Shown here: piece by piece, positions 18,208 to 27,927 of the stretch | Layout: each line of letters starts with the position of its first letter | Position numbering within the stretch: the first letter of the stretch is position 1 | Source: Thermoplasmata archaeon | GTDB taxonomy: Archaea; Thermoplasmatota; Thermoplasmata; Lutacidiplasmatales; UBA184 | Length of the DNA: 64,000 nucleotides | Direction: 5' to 3' | Assembly (NCBI GenBank): GCA_028864975.1 | Contig: JAGWLG010000001.1 | Coordinates: 32,001 to 96,000, forward strand | Made by a program: the position numbers and the translations under genes | Notes under the pieces: model-generated | The model's database searches: none | Seen by the model: only the letters and a program-made list of their open reading frames with translations | What the model was told of the DNA's origin: nothing

Positions 18208-19656
18208 TCACATGTTCGCCCGAGACCGTGCCTTGCCCCGCGTGATCGTGGTAGAGCCGGTCGTCGACACTCGCTTCGGCGAGGGGCCGAACTTGGCGAG
18301 GAAGTGCCGCAATCGCTCCGGGGCTTCGATGATGCGCAGCCCACCGATGCTCGCTCTGCGCCGCCACACGGCCTTGAGCGTCTCGGCGACGTAGTGGAGA
18401 TGGCTCGCGGTGTAGACCCGACGAGGGATCGCCAATCGGACCAGCTCGAGGGGGGGCGGCGTTCCGGGGGCGGGTTTCTCCGAGCCGAACATCACACCGC
18501 CCACCTCGCAGGTGCGGACCGCGCCCTCGCGGTAGATCTCCACGACCAGGGACTGTCCTGGGAGCTCCGACGCGCTCAGGTGGGGCAGGAAACGGTGGGC
18601 GTCCAGGTAGAGCCCGTGGCCGCCCGGAGGATGCACGTAGGGGATCCCTTCCGCATCCAGGAGCGAGGCCAAGTAGCGTACCTGCCCGATGCGATGTTCG
18701 AGGTAATCGAGGTCGGTCGCCTCCAAGAGCCCCACCGCCATCGCGGCGAGGTCGCGCCGTGCGAGCCCCCCGTAGGTCGGGAAGCCCTCGAACGTGATCA
18801 GCGTCTCCTTGAGGCGCGGGACGAGCGCCGCGTCGCGGGTCGCGACGAAGCCTCCGATGTTGACCAGTCCGTCCTTCTTCGCGCTCATCGTCGCGCCGTC
18901 CGCCAGGCCAAAGCACTCGCGTCCGATCTCGCGGATCGAACGACCTTCTTGACCGTGCTCTCGCTCCCGGATGAAGTAGGCGTTCTCCGCCCATCGGCAC
19001 ATGTCGAGGTAGAAGGGGACCTTCTGGGCCCGGCAAACCGCGGAGATCGCGCGAAGGTTCTCGAGGGAGGCGGGCTGGCCCCCTCCGGTATTGTTCGTGA
19101 GGGTCATCATCACGAGCGGGACGTTCTTCCGGTTCGAGCGCAGAAGCTCTTCGAGGCGCGGGACGTCCATGTTGCCCTTGAAGGGATGGTCGACCTGGGG
19201 GTCGTAGGCCTCGGGGATAGCCAGGTTGAGCGGCCGAGCCCCCTGGCGGAGGACATGGGCCTGGGTCGTGTCAAAGTGCATGTTGTTCGGCACGGTCTCC
19301 CCGGGGTGGAGGAGGGCCGACATCAGCAGGTGCTCGGCGGCCCGTCCCTGATGGGTAGGGATCACGAAAGGAAAGCCGGTGAGGTCCTGGACCGTGCGTT
19401 CGAACTCGACGAAGTTGCGGCTTCCAGCGTAGCTCTCGTCGCCCGTCATGAGGGCCGCCCACTGGCGGTCGCTCATCGCCGAGGTGCCGGAGTCGGTGAG
19501 GAGGTCGATGAAGACCTCTTCGGAGGTCAGATTGAAGAGGTTCAGACCTGCCCGAGCGAGGGCCTTCTCCCGTTCCTCGCGGGTCGGGAGGTGGAGCCGT
19601 TCGACCGCCTTGATGCGGAAAGGCTCGAGCGGAAGGGGAGGAGCGTCGGGGGACAT
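18208..19656 (-). CDS. tnaA: Tryptophanase / tyrosine phenol-lyase family PLP lyase
   Basis: EPFRIKAVE, FIDLLTDSGT, HQGRAAE, MSAKKDGLVNIGG (PLP Lys), EGFPTYGG, RLAIPRRVYT. Start re-picked. The TnaA versus Tpl assignment is not certain. Confidence 0.85.
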   Translation of the reverse strand: MSPDAPPLPLEPFRIKAVERLHLPTREEREKALARAGLNLFNLTSEEVFIDLLTDSGTSAMSDRQWAALMTGDESYAGSRNFVEFERTVQDLTGFPFVIPTHQGRAAEHLLMSALLHPGETVPNNMHFDTTQAHVLRQGARPLNLAIPEAYDPQVDHPFKGNMDVPRLEELLRSNRKNVPLVMMTLTNNTGGGQPASLENLRAISAVCRAQKVPFYLDMCRWAENAYFIREREHGQEGRSIREIGRECFGLADGATMSAKKDGLVNIGGFVATRDAALVPRLKETLITFEGFPTYGGLARRDLAAMAVGLLEATDLDYLEHRIGQVRYLASLLDAEGIPYVHPPGGHGLYLDAHRFLPHLSASELPGQSLVVEIYREGAVRTCEVGGVMFGSEKPAPGTPPPLELVRLAIPRRVYTASHLHYVAETLKAVWRRRASIGGLRIIEAPERLRHFLAKFGPSPKRVSTTGSTTITRGKARSRANM

Positions 19657-19779
19657 GGAAGACCCTGTCGGACATTCGTTTGGGCGTATAAGTGCGGCGG
19701 CGGAGGTCGTGACGGTGAGGGACTTCCCACTCGAGCTCAGGGGAGCCCTTATCTTGCGTGGATCTGTGGATGCGCGCGC

Positions 19780-19852
19780 AGCCCCGTAGTCTAGTGGCCA
19801 AGGATGCGGGACTCTGGATCCTGCGGCATCGGTTCGAATCCGGTCGGGGCTA
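19780..19852 (+). tRNA. tRNA-Gln(CTG)
   Basis: Cloverleaf AGCCCCG/CGGGGCT (A1:U72, typical of archaeal Gln), anticodon loop CTCTGGA, TTCGAAT T-loop. Confidence 0.96.
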
Positions 19853-19873
19853 GAGTGTTGGCAGATTTGCACG
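19842..19873 (+). repeat. att-like direct repeat, left copy (tRNA-Gln 3' end plus flank)
   Basis: GGTCGGGGCTAGAGTGTTGGCAGATTTGCACG; 27/32 identical to 20864-20895. Confidence 0.75.
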
Positions 19874-20145
19874 CGCTTCGGGAAGGGGAGGTTCCGTCGC
19901 CCTTCGCTGGGGAACGTGCCCAAAGCCAGCTTCAGGGAGAGGACACTCTTCGCGGCGCGAATCCCTCGCGCGGCGCTGGGCGCGGCTCAACTCCGTGGAC
20001 GAGCTCGGGCGATCGATCCGCACAAGGAGGCTTGTGCATCCAGCTTCGCAGGCAGAAGCACGCGAAACCGGTCGGGCCGATCGGCATCTTAAGGATCGAC
20101 CGAGCGAGGAATGGATTATATGGAATTGCGTATTTTGAATATTGT

Positions 20146-20388
20146 ATGACGCTTGTCCAGGCGCAGATCCCTGAAGGAGAGTATCGTCTCCTCCGACAAC
20201 GCGCGGAGGCCACGGGTCAGCCGATGAAGGAGATCGTTCGACAGGCCTTGCACGCCTACCTTGCCGACGATACCGTGGACCCGAACGACCCGATCTTCAA
20301 GATCTTCCCTCTGGGGTCGAGCGGGAGGAAGGGTCACTCTGCCGCTCGCGATCATGACGTGATCCTGTATGGACCCCGGCGACGATGA
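20146..20388 (+). CDS. vapB: Ribbon-helix-helix antitoxin (VapB/CopG-like)
   Basis: MTLVQAQIPEGEYRLLRQRA...MKEIVRQAL RHH pattern. ATGA overlap with the PIN gene; TTATAT box about 26-30 nt upstream. Confidence 0.8.
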   Translation: MTLVQAQIPEGEYRLLRQRAEATGQPMKEIVRQALHAYLADDTVDPNDPIFKIFPLGSSGRKGHSAARDHDVILYGPRRR

Positions 20389-20789
20389 TCTTTGTCGATA
20401 CCAGCGCATGGCTCGCTCTCGCGGATAGCCACGACCGCGACCACTCGGCCGCTCAGGCCTTTGCTCAGCGGCTTTCGCGGGGCGAGTTCGGGAAACAGGT
20501 CACGACCAATTACATCTTGACGGAGACGTTGACCATCGTTCGTCGTCGGCTCGGTCACACCGTCGCGCTCAACCTGTCAGAGAACTTGGCGAAGAGCGAG
20601 GTCGTGAGGACCTTCTGGATCGAACCCGTACACCATCGAGAGGCCATCCGACTCATGGCCGATCACCGCGACAAGGAATGGAGCGTGACGGACTGCTCGA
20701 GCTTTGTCGTCATGCACGCTCTGCAGATCCAGGACGCGTTCACCTTCGACCGCGATTTCGCCCGGGCCGGGTTCACCGCGGTCCCTTGA
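20385..20789 (+). CDS. vapC: PIN-domain ribonuclease toxin
   Basis: IFVDTSAW, ILTE, SVTDC, FTFDRDF acidic PIN motifs. Confidence 0.93.
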   Translation: MIFVDTSAWLALADSHDRDHSAAQAFAQRLSRGEFGKQVTTNYILTETLTIVRRRLGHTVALNLSENLAKSEVVRTFWIEPVHHREAIRLMADHRDKEWSVTDCSSFVVMHALQIQDAFTFDRDFARAGFTAVP

Positions 20790-20863
20790 CCACATCGTCC
20801 CAAAGCGCTTGCAGGGTCCCGATAGCCGCGTGTCTTCCTTCGACCAGATTCGGCGGCGGATCG

Positions 20864-20895
20864 GGTCGGGGCTAGAATGCTGGCCGACCTGCACG
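20864..20895 (+). repeat. att-like direct repeat, right copy
   Basis: GGTCGGGGCTAGAATGCTGGCCGACCTGCACG; starts with the last 11 nt of tRNA-Gln. Confidence 0.75.
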
Positions 20896-21121
20896 GGATC
20901 TGCAGAGCGAAGTCTTCGTGCTCGGGGGCGCCCCGGGCGGTTCTTGGGTCGACCGTTCCACGCCGCGTTCCAGAAGGGGAGCGGCCACTCTCCTACCCAG
21001 CCCCCTCGGCAGCACGCCACGTCTCCGGAAGGGTTCGCTCTCCTCCACCAGGGGCGCGGTCGGACCGCGTCGGGGGTCGATAGCCGTTCCGGGACGGGGA
21101 GCATCTATACGGGGGAGACCG

Positions 21122-23725
21122 GTGAATCTCGGGAGGGCCCGATTGTACGCTGCGTCCGTGACGGTCGTCGTGTTCGCCCTCCTGACGCTCGTCGCGGGCG
21201 CGGCTCCCCTCGTGGCTGGGGTGCCTGCGCCGACCGCGCTCGGAGGCGCTCCCGGGGTCCTATCGACCTCCAGGTCTCCACTGGCCCCTCTCAACACCTG
21301 TCCGAACTCCTACTTCTACGGGTCGTCGACGAGCCTCAGCCTCCAGAACGTCGTGGATTGCGCCGGGGCGGGAGGGTTCAGCGGGGACCTGCAGATCACG
21401 TTCGTCTCGATGGCCTATCAAGAGAGCAACTTCTGTCCGGGGGCGATCCAGGGAGGGAGCGGCACCTGCTTCGTGACCGGTCCGGGCTGCAGCGGGAACC
21501 CGAATGCTGAGGGGATCCTCCAGCAGGGAACCGCCGGCCAGTGCCCTCCGACGGGAGGTCCCTTCTCGGTGCCGGGCTACAGTGCTAGCTCGTGCTCGAC
21601 CTGGTCCGGGAACGTGAACGACTGGGGCGGGATCTACTTCAATCCGCTATGCTCGTTCCAGTGGGCGCTGGCATACTACAACCAGAACGGGGGAGGGGAC
21701 TACAACTTCTGGGGAAGCTACCTCTCTGGCGCGTACTGCAACTGGGCCCCCAACGGCTTCCTGGGGACGGGTTCGGTCACTTGTTCGGGGACGGGGCAGA
21801 ACCAGGCGAACCTGCCTTGGAGCACGGTCTGCCCCAACAACGTCTGTCCGAGCGGCGGGAGCCCTCTTTCAGCAAGTTACTCGGTGACGGACACCACGAC
21901 AGGTACGAGCCTCGCGTGCGGCGCGACGATCGATACCGGTGACTCGATCCAGTTCACGGGCACTGGGTCGGGGGGGTCGCCCCCGTACACCTATACATGG
22001 ACCTACGGGGACGGGGGTACAGGGACCGGATCGACCGCGACCCATGTCTACACCGCCACCGGCACCGTCAACCCGATGCTGAAGGTGACCGACAGCACCG
22101 GCGCGACCGCGAACACCGGCACCGGATGCTCGTTCACCGTCGCCGCCCCTCCTGTCCCCACGATCTCTTCGTTCACCCTCTCCCCCTCCGTGCTCCACCT
22201 GGGGTGGACCACCTACGCGAACGTGAGCGCCCAGGGTGGGACCCCCCCGTACGCCTACGCCTTCGGGGGGCTCCCGACGGGGTGCGCTTCCTCCAACGTG
22301 GCCTCCCTGACCTGCACGCCGACCGCGACCGGGAACTTCACGGTCCACGCGACGGTCACGGATGCCCGCGGCCAGACCGCGTCGGCCAGCGCCTGGGTAG
22401 ATGTGAAGCCCGCCAAGGGGCCGGGACCGACCCTGAGCGCGTTCACCGCCGCGCCCAGCCCGATCACCTTGGGGGCCTCCGCCTACTTCAACGCCACCCC
22501 CACGGGCGGCGTGCTTCCATACACTTACGTCTACACCTCGCTCCCTGGGGGGTGCGTGAGCTCGAACACAAGCTCGCTGCTGTGCACGCCCACGGCCACC
22601 GGGACGTTCAACGTCAGCGTCCTGGTCACGGACGCCCAGGGGTTGAGCGCGTCCGGGGTCGCCACGCTCCAGGTCGATCCACCGGTCATCACGCCCCTCA
22701 CGATCGCCCATTTCCTCGCCTCACCGTCCACTCTGAACGCGGGAAGTGCGACCCGACTGAGCGCGACCGTCTCGGGAGGAACGACCCCCTACACGTTCTC
22801 CTACGCGGGGCTGCCCGTGGGGTGTGCTTCGAGCGATGCTGCGACCTTGACGTGTACCCCCACGGCTTCGGGGCAGTTCGAGGTGACGCTGACGGTCTCG
22901 GACTCGGGAGGGCATAGCGTCTCGGCTCTGGTCTCGATCTCCGTGACCGTCCCCAGTGGTTATCCTGCCATCGCGTCGTTCACCGCGGCGCCTTCACCCG
23001 TGGCCGTCGGCGGGACCACCGTCCTTGCCGTCTCGGTCGACGGGGGTTCAACGCCGTACTCGTTCTCCTACTCGGGGCTCCCTTCAGGTTGCTCGTCGTC
23101 GGACGTCGCCTCGCTACGCTGTTCTCCGACCAGCTCCGGCAGCTTCTCCGTGCAGGTCGTAGTCCAGGATCAGCTCGGTCACGGGGCCTCGACCCGGGCG
23201 ACCCTGAGCGTGGTCCATGCCTCCTCGGCGCCGCGCATCACGAGCTTCGTGGCGACCCCGAGCACCACGGTCGTCGGAGGCACGGTCGGTTTCTCGCTCA
23301 CGGTCGTTGGAGGGACGGCGCCCTACGAGGGGAGCTACTCTGGCCTCCCCACGGGATGTGCGAACGAGACGTCCTCCTCCTTCACCTGCTCCCCGAGCGC
23401 TCCGGGGACCTATCACGTGAGCGCGAACGTGACCGACGCTCTGGGCCAATCCACCTCGGCCACGCTCGTGCTCACGGTTCAGCCCGGGGGTGGCGCTCCC
23501 CCGGGCGCCTCGTCTCCTGCGATCGAGGTGATCGGCATCTTGACCTCAGGGCCAGGATTGATCGCGCTCGTGGGGTTGGCGGTCGGCGTGATCACGGTCC
23601 TGGCCGTCCGACACCGCCGCCGGTCGAGTGTAAAAGGTATGGCGTCACCTGAGGAAGAGGCGACCTGGGCTCCCTTGCAGCCCGGACCCCCGGAGGGTTG
23701 TTGGCAGGGCCCGCCGAGGACCTGA
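21122..23725 (+). CDS. Cell-surface protein: lysozyme-like/SLT domain + PKD and five Ig-like repeats + C-terminal membrane anchor
   Basis: Signal peptide from GTG 21122. Catalytic-type MAYQESNFCPGA...GILQQ...YFNP...WGSYLSGAY, then six beta-sandwich modules (GGxxPYxYxxxGLPxGC...TVxD), a TM helix and RHRRR. Confidence 0.85.
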   Translation: MNLGRARLYAASVTVVVFALLTLVAGAAPLVAGVPAPTALGGAPGVLSTSRSPLAPLNTCPNSYFYGSSTSLSLQNVVDCAGAGGFSGDLQITFVSMAYQESNFCPGAIQGGSGTCFVTGPGCSGNPNAEGILQQGTAGQCPPTGGPFSVPGYSASSCSTWSGNVNDWGGIYFNPLCSFQWALAYYNQNGGGDYNFWGSYLSGAYCNWAPNGFLGTGSVTCSGTGQNQANLPWSTVCPNNVCPSGGSPLSASYSVTDTTTGTSLACGATIDTGDSIQFTGTGSGGSPPYTYTWTYGDGGTGTGSTATHVYTATGTVNPMLKVTDSTGATANTGTGCSFTVAAPPVPTISSFTLSPSVLHLGWTTYANVSAQGGTPPYAYAFGGLPTGCASSNVASLTCTPTATGNFTVHATVTDARGQTASASAWVDVKPAKGPGPTLSAFTAAPSPITLGASAYFNATPTGGVLPYTYVYTSLPGGCVSSNTSSLLCTPTATGTFNVSVLVTDAQGLSASGVATLQVDPPVITPLTIAHFLASPSTLNAGSATRLSATVSGGTTPYTFSYAGLPVGCASSDAATLTCTPTASGQFEVTLTVSDSGGHSVSALVSISVTVPSGYPAIASFTAAPSPVAVGGTTVLAVSVDGGSTPYSFSYSGLPSGCSSSDVASLRCSPTSSGSFSVQVVVQDQLGHGASTRATLSVVHASSAPRITSFVATPSTTVVGGTVGFSLTVVGGTAPYEGSYSGLPTGCANETSSSFTCSPSAPGTYHVSANVTDALGQSTSATLVLTVQPGGGAPPGASSPAIEVIGILTSGPGLIALVGLAVGVITVLAVRHRRRSSVKGMASPEEEATWAPLQPGPPEGCWQGPPRT

Positions 23726-23851
23726 GCCGACGGTTCGCCAGTTCCCTGGTGCCTACCGCCCTTGCGCACTCCTCCGGGGCGCCCGTCCTTACTTTTCACT
23801 CGTCGGCTTCTGGTCGGTGGGTCCCGCTCCATGCCTATGGGCGGAGACGAA

Positions 23852-24802
23852 CTACCGGGGCTCGGTGGGGCGCGTTCGAGAGCGCGACGCGACCTTCGGT
23901 CGATGGACCTCGCCCACGCGGCTCTCGGGTTCGATCAGAAGGTAGTGGATGCGCGGGAAGTGCTCCCGGATCAGCTCCCCCAGGCGGTCGATGTGCATCT
24001 CGACCTCGTTCGTGCTGAGGTCGTCCGCGAAGTTCACCCGGAGACCCACCAGCTCGTCGTCCGGTCCCAAGAGCATGCTCTGGACGCCGACCACTTGACG
24101 CACGGGGGGATACTTCTCCACGAGCGCTAGGAGCGCGCGGGTCTCCTCCGCCCCTCGGCTTCGTCCCACCAGGAGCTCTCTCCCATCTCGCGCCAAGGCC
24201 AGGCCCATGAAGAGGAGGGACGCGCCGACGATGAAGGCCGCCACCCCGTCGAGCGCGAAGAGCCCGGTCACCTGGACGAGGAAGAGGCCCAGGAGGGCGA
24301 CCGCGCCGCCCAGGACGCTGACCGCGTCCTGGAGAAAGACAGTTTTCACCCCAAGGTGCATCGAGGTGAGCAGCGCTCGGACCGTGCCCCCGTCCCGCCG
24401 GAGCTCGAGAAGGACCACAAAGATGCTCGCGAGATTCCCCGCGAAGGTGACGGCCACGGTGAGGAGCCCCTCCCGTAGCGCTCCTACGGGATGAGGGGAG
24501 AGGATCTCTTGCAGCGCGAACACCATGACGAACGCCCCCGCGAGGCAGAAGGCCACCAGGCCGGCGCTGTAGGCCCAGAAGAACCGCTCCTTCCCCCGCC
24601 CGAAGGGGTGGGTGGGGGACGCCGGGAACTGGGCCGCGCGCTGTCCCCAGAGGATCATGAGCCCCGCCACTAGGTCCGTCGCGGCGTTCACGGCCTGGGA
24701 GAGGACCGCGTGGCTCCCTCCCGCCTCGAAGACCACGAAGTTCACGGCCAGGAAGGCCACGTTGAGGGCGAAGCTTGCGACGAGCACGAGCTGGGTGCGC
24801 AA
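23852..24802 (-). CDS. Cation diffusion facilitator (CDF) family transporter
   Basis: HPFGRGKERFFWA, six TMs, C-terminal dimerisation domain. Confidence 0.9.
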   Translation of the reverse strand: MRTQLVLVASFALNVAFLAVNFVVFEAGGSHAVLSQAVNAATDLVAGLMILWGQRAAQFPASPTHPFGRGKERFFWAYSAGLVAFCLAGAFVMVFALQEILSPHPVGALREGLLTVAVTFAGNLASIFVVLLELRRDGGTVRALLTSMHLGVKTVFLQDAVSVLGGAVALLGLFLVQVTGLFALDGVAAFIVGASLLFMGLALARDGRELLVGRSRGAEETRALLALVEKYPPVRQVVGVQSMLLGPDDELVGLRVNFADDLSTNEVEMHIDRLGELIREHFPRIHYLLIEPESRVGEVHRPKVASRSRTRPTEPR

Positions 24803-25262
24803 GTCTGCTCCTCGGAATCACGGTCGGGGGCTACGCGGTCTTCGTGCTACCTGCGGGAGCCGCGGGACCGGGAGTCTGCGGCGACGAGGTCCCAATGGGG
24901 AGTTTCACCATAAGGATTCGTCCGCTCGTCGCGGGGATGATCCTCCGCTGTACTGTACGGGGAGGCAGAGGCCCGCTTCAATTGCGGAGAAAAGGTTCAC
25001 AGGGCCCCTGCGGTACGACCTCCGACCCCCTCCAGCGGAGCCTACGGTCGGGCCCACACACGGGGCGGAGCATCCGAGCCGAAACGCGTGAGGCTTTTGT
25101 GCGCATTGGGCTACAGGTTCGTTCGGTCCCTCGTAGCCGCACGGGCGCGGCCCGTGATGAGGTCGGCACGGATCGCCGCCGCCGGCGTCCTCCTCTCGGA
25201 GCGGAGATCGGGTTCGCAAGGAGTCGGATCGTGGCTGAGCAGCGGAAAGAGGTCCGCCCGCG

Positions 25263-26642
25263 ATGATCCGACTGTGCATCAGCTCCCAGACGCCTCCTCT
25301 TCGCCCTATTGGAGACCGCCCGAAGGGCGCCTTGGGTACGTGGAAGCTCGGTGCCGACTACGTGCCGCAGCTGGGCGGGGTCGTCCCGATGATGCGGGCC
25401 CTCATCCGAGAGGGAAGGCGCTCCTGGCTGGCCCCCCGTCCCCTCTGGGTGGCGATGGGGGGTGCGGGGATCCCAGAGCGCGCGCTCACCTCCGAGGGAT
25501 ACCTCGTTGAGACGGTCGATGTTTCGAGGACGGAACGTGAGCTCTACGGGCGGTTCAAGGAGCGAGTGTGGCGCTCCTTCCACGGTCCCGGTTTCCCCGA
25601 GTTCGTCCCCGAAGAGTACCGAGCCTTCGTCGCGTACAGCCATGCGACGGCGAACCACCTGCTCCAACATCTGGGGGAGTACGACCTGTTCTACATCAAC
25701 GACTTCCAACAGATCCTCTGTGGAGCGATGATCGGGGCGGCCGCGCCCTCGGTCCTCCGATGGCACATCCCCCTCGAGTTCCGGGGGTACCCGGAACCGG
25801 TCCGACGGTTCTTCCTTCGGCTGATGGAGGACTATGACGCGATCGTGGTGAGTACGAAGGCCGCCCTGGTCGAGCTCATTCGGGCCGGGTTCCACGGCCG
25901 GGCCTACCAGGTCTACCCGTACGTCGACCCTCGGGAGCAGAAGGTGTCGACCACGTCGGAGACCCGCCGGTTCCGCGGACGCTTCGGTCTCGGCGAGGGC
26001 CCTCTGGTGCTTTCGGTGGGCCGGATGGACCCGGTGAAGCGCCAGGACCTTCTCATCGAGGCTTTCGCACGCGTGCACGCCAGGTTCCCGTCCAGCCGCC
26101 TCGTCCTGGTGGGAGGGGGGAGCTTCACGACTCGCCAGCTGAGCTCAAGCGGCCTGCCGTCGAAGGCCATCTGGTGGGAGTCGCGGATCCGGGCCCTTGC
26201 CCGTCGGCTCCATCTCCAACAGGCCGTGGCCCTGACCGGAGCCCTGAGCGTCGAGGAGTTGAGGGCAGCGTATGCCTCCGCCAGCGTGTTCGTCCACCCG
26301 GCCCCCTGGGAGGGTTTCGGTCTCGTGGTGATCGAGGCCTGGCTCCGGGGGCTGCCGGTCATCGTGAGCCGGGGCGCGGGGGTCGCGGAGCTCGTGAACG
26401 ACGGGGTGAACGGGTACATTGTGCGCTCGGGGTCCGTCCCCGAGATGGCGTCCCGCCTCGGGGCCCTTCTCGCGCACCCCTCCCAAGCGGAACGCATGGG
26501 GGAGAACGGTCGGCTCACTGCCAGGGGCTGCACCGTACAACGCGCCGCCCCTCAGCTCAAGGAGATCTTCGATCTCACCATCCGGCACTACGAGCGGAGC
26601 GGTCTGCTCCTCGACCACCGTGCGAGGAACGGACGGCCATGA
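25263..26642 (+). CDS. Glycosyltransferase family 4 (GT-B), trehalose-synthase-like
   Basis: VGRMDPVKRQDLLIEAF, EGFGLVVIEAW, VNDGVNGY; N-terminal INDFQQ...RWHIP. Confidence 0.85.
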   Translation: MIRLCISSQTPPLRPIGDRPKGALGTWKLGADYVPQLGGVVPMMRALIREGRRSWLAPRPLWVAMGGAGIPERALTSEGYLVETVDVSRTERELYGRFKERVWRSFHGPGFPEFVPEEYRAFVAYSHATANHLLQHLGEYDLFYINDFQQILCGAMIGAAAPSVLRWHIPLEFRGYPEPVRRFFLRLMEDYDAIVVSTKAALVELIRAGFHGRAYQVYPYVDPREQKVSTTSETRRFRGRFGLGEGPLVLSVGRMDPVKRQDLLIEAFARVHARFPSSRLVLVGGGSFTTRQLSSSGLPSKAIWWESRIRALARRLHLQQAVALTGALSVEELRAAYASASVFVHPAPWEGFGLVVIEAWLRGLPVIVSRGAGVAELVNDGVNGYIVRSGSVPEMASRLGALLAHPSQAERMGENGRLTARGCTVQRAAPQLKEIFDLTIRHYERSGLLLDHRARNGRP

Positions 26643-27427
26643 GCCGCGATTGCCGGGATGGCGGCCGTCACGGCGCAGGGGCACCGATTCAGGGCGTCAC
26701 GGTCGATTTCTGGCACACGCTCGCCTACCTTCCCGAGAGGCCGCGCCAGCGCCTCGAGGAAGAGCGTCGCTCCATCTGGACTCGTCATTTGGTGCGCGGA
26801 GGTCTTCCCTCGCGTCAAGCTCCGCGATGGGTCCGCTGGTGGGAGAAGCTGGACTATCGGCTCGAGCGGCTCGGTCGAGCTCCCTCGATCCCCGCGCAGT
26901 GTCGGCTCGTAGGGCGGGCGGCGGCGATACGTCTCCGAAGTCTGGAGTTGCAACAGGACCTGGACGCGGCTCTGTTGGCGGCTCCCGTCCGCAGGGTCCC
27001 GGGAGCGCGCGAGGCCCTGCGACGTCTCGAAGGGGTAGGGGTGCGAATTGCACTACTGTCCAACGTGGTGTTCGAGACCCCCGTTGCGGCCCGGGCCCTT
27101 CTCGCCAAGCTCGACCTCGCGAAGGAACTCCCCGTTCGGGTCTATTCGGCGGAACACCCCTGGTCGAAGCCGGACCCCCGGATCTACCGATGCGCGATGC
27201 ATAAGCTCCGGCTCCGGCCTTCCCAAGGGCTCCATGTGGGCGACCTTTCTCTCGATGTCGAGGGGGCGCTGGCGGCCGGGATGTCCGTCTTGCGACTCAC
27301 CTGGGAGGAGCGGCACCGCGGGATTGCTCGACTCCCCGGCCGCTGGGATGTGCCCACCTGGTCCGCCGCGAGCCGGTGGATTCTCGCAAGGGCGAGCCCC
27401 CGAGACGAACGCGGAGCGGGCGCGTAG
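26639..27427 (+). CDS. HAD-superfamily hydrolase
   Basis: VTVDFWHTL motif I, LLSNV, SKPDPRIY, HVGDLSLDV. ATGA overlap with the GT4 gene. Confidence 0.85.
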   Translation: MSRDCRDGGRHGAGAPIQGVTVDFWHTLAYLPERPRQRLEEERRSIWTRHLVRGGLPSRQAPRWVRWWEKLDYRLERLGRAPSIPAQCRLVGRAAAIRLRSLELQQDLDAALLAAPVRRVPGAREALRRLEGVGVRIALLSNVVFETPVAARALLAKLDLAKELPVRVYSAEHPWSKPDPRIYRCAMHKLRLRPSQGLHVGDLSLDVEGALAAGMSVLRLTWEERHRGIARLPGRWDVPTWSAASRWILARASPRDERGAGA

Positions 27428-27927
27428 CATCTCTCGCCGACACTCGTTCGCGTAGGGAGAGCGGCGCTGCCGCACGGGGGAGGTGTCAGCGGCACGGCCC
27501 GGACCGGGGAGCCACCGGTCCCTGAGGAGGGGGGGGTGGGGGCTCTGACCCCAGGGCTCAGGGGGAGAGCTCGGACCCCTCGCGGGCGTCGGGCTCCCGC
27601 ACGGGGCGGGCACTTGGCCCGGGCGACGGGAACTTGGGCCCTCTTCGAGCGTTTCGAGGTTGCGGCGGGGTCCTTTCGGACCATACCCCAGTACCAACAT
27701 GTTGGATTTCACTCCCATGAACTGGGGCGGATTGCAGCGCCGTGACTCGGCGGGGCGCGGGCCCTGCCCTGCGCCGGAAGCACGCTCGTGAACGAGATCT
27801 CCCCCGTCACGGCCCGCCGCGTCTATGCGCGGCCCCCCCGCGGGTCCGAGGTCCCAGGGTGCGATAGGCCGACGGGCAAGCGCGTTGCCCGTCTTGGGCG
27901 CGGACCAGCTTCCCCGGGTGGTGGCCG

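Noticed and set aside
18208-19656. Tryptophanase as a novelty
   Set aside because: The family is already known from several archaeal groups, and nothing unusual was seen in the sequence.
25155-25240. TGATGA ... CTGA pair resembling a box C/D sRNA
   Set aside because: The spacing of ~80 nt is long for archaeal guides and no internal D'/C' boxes were evident.
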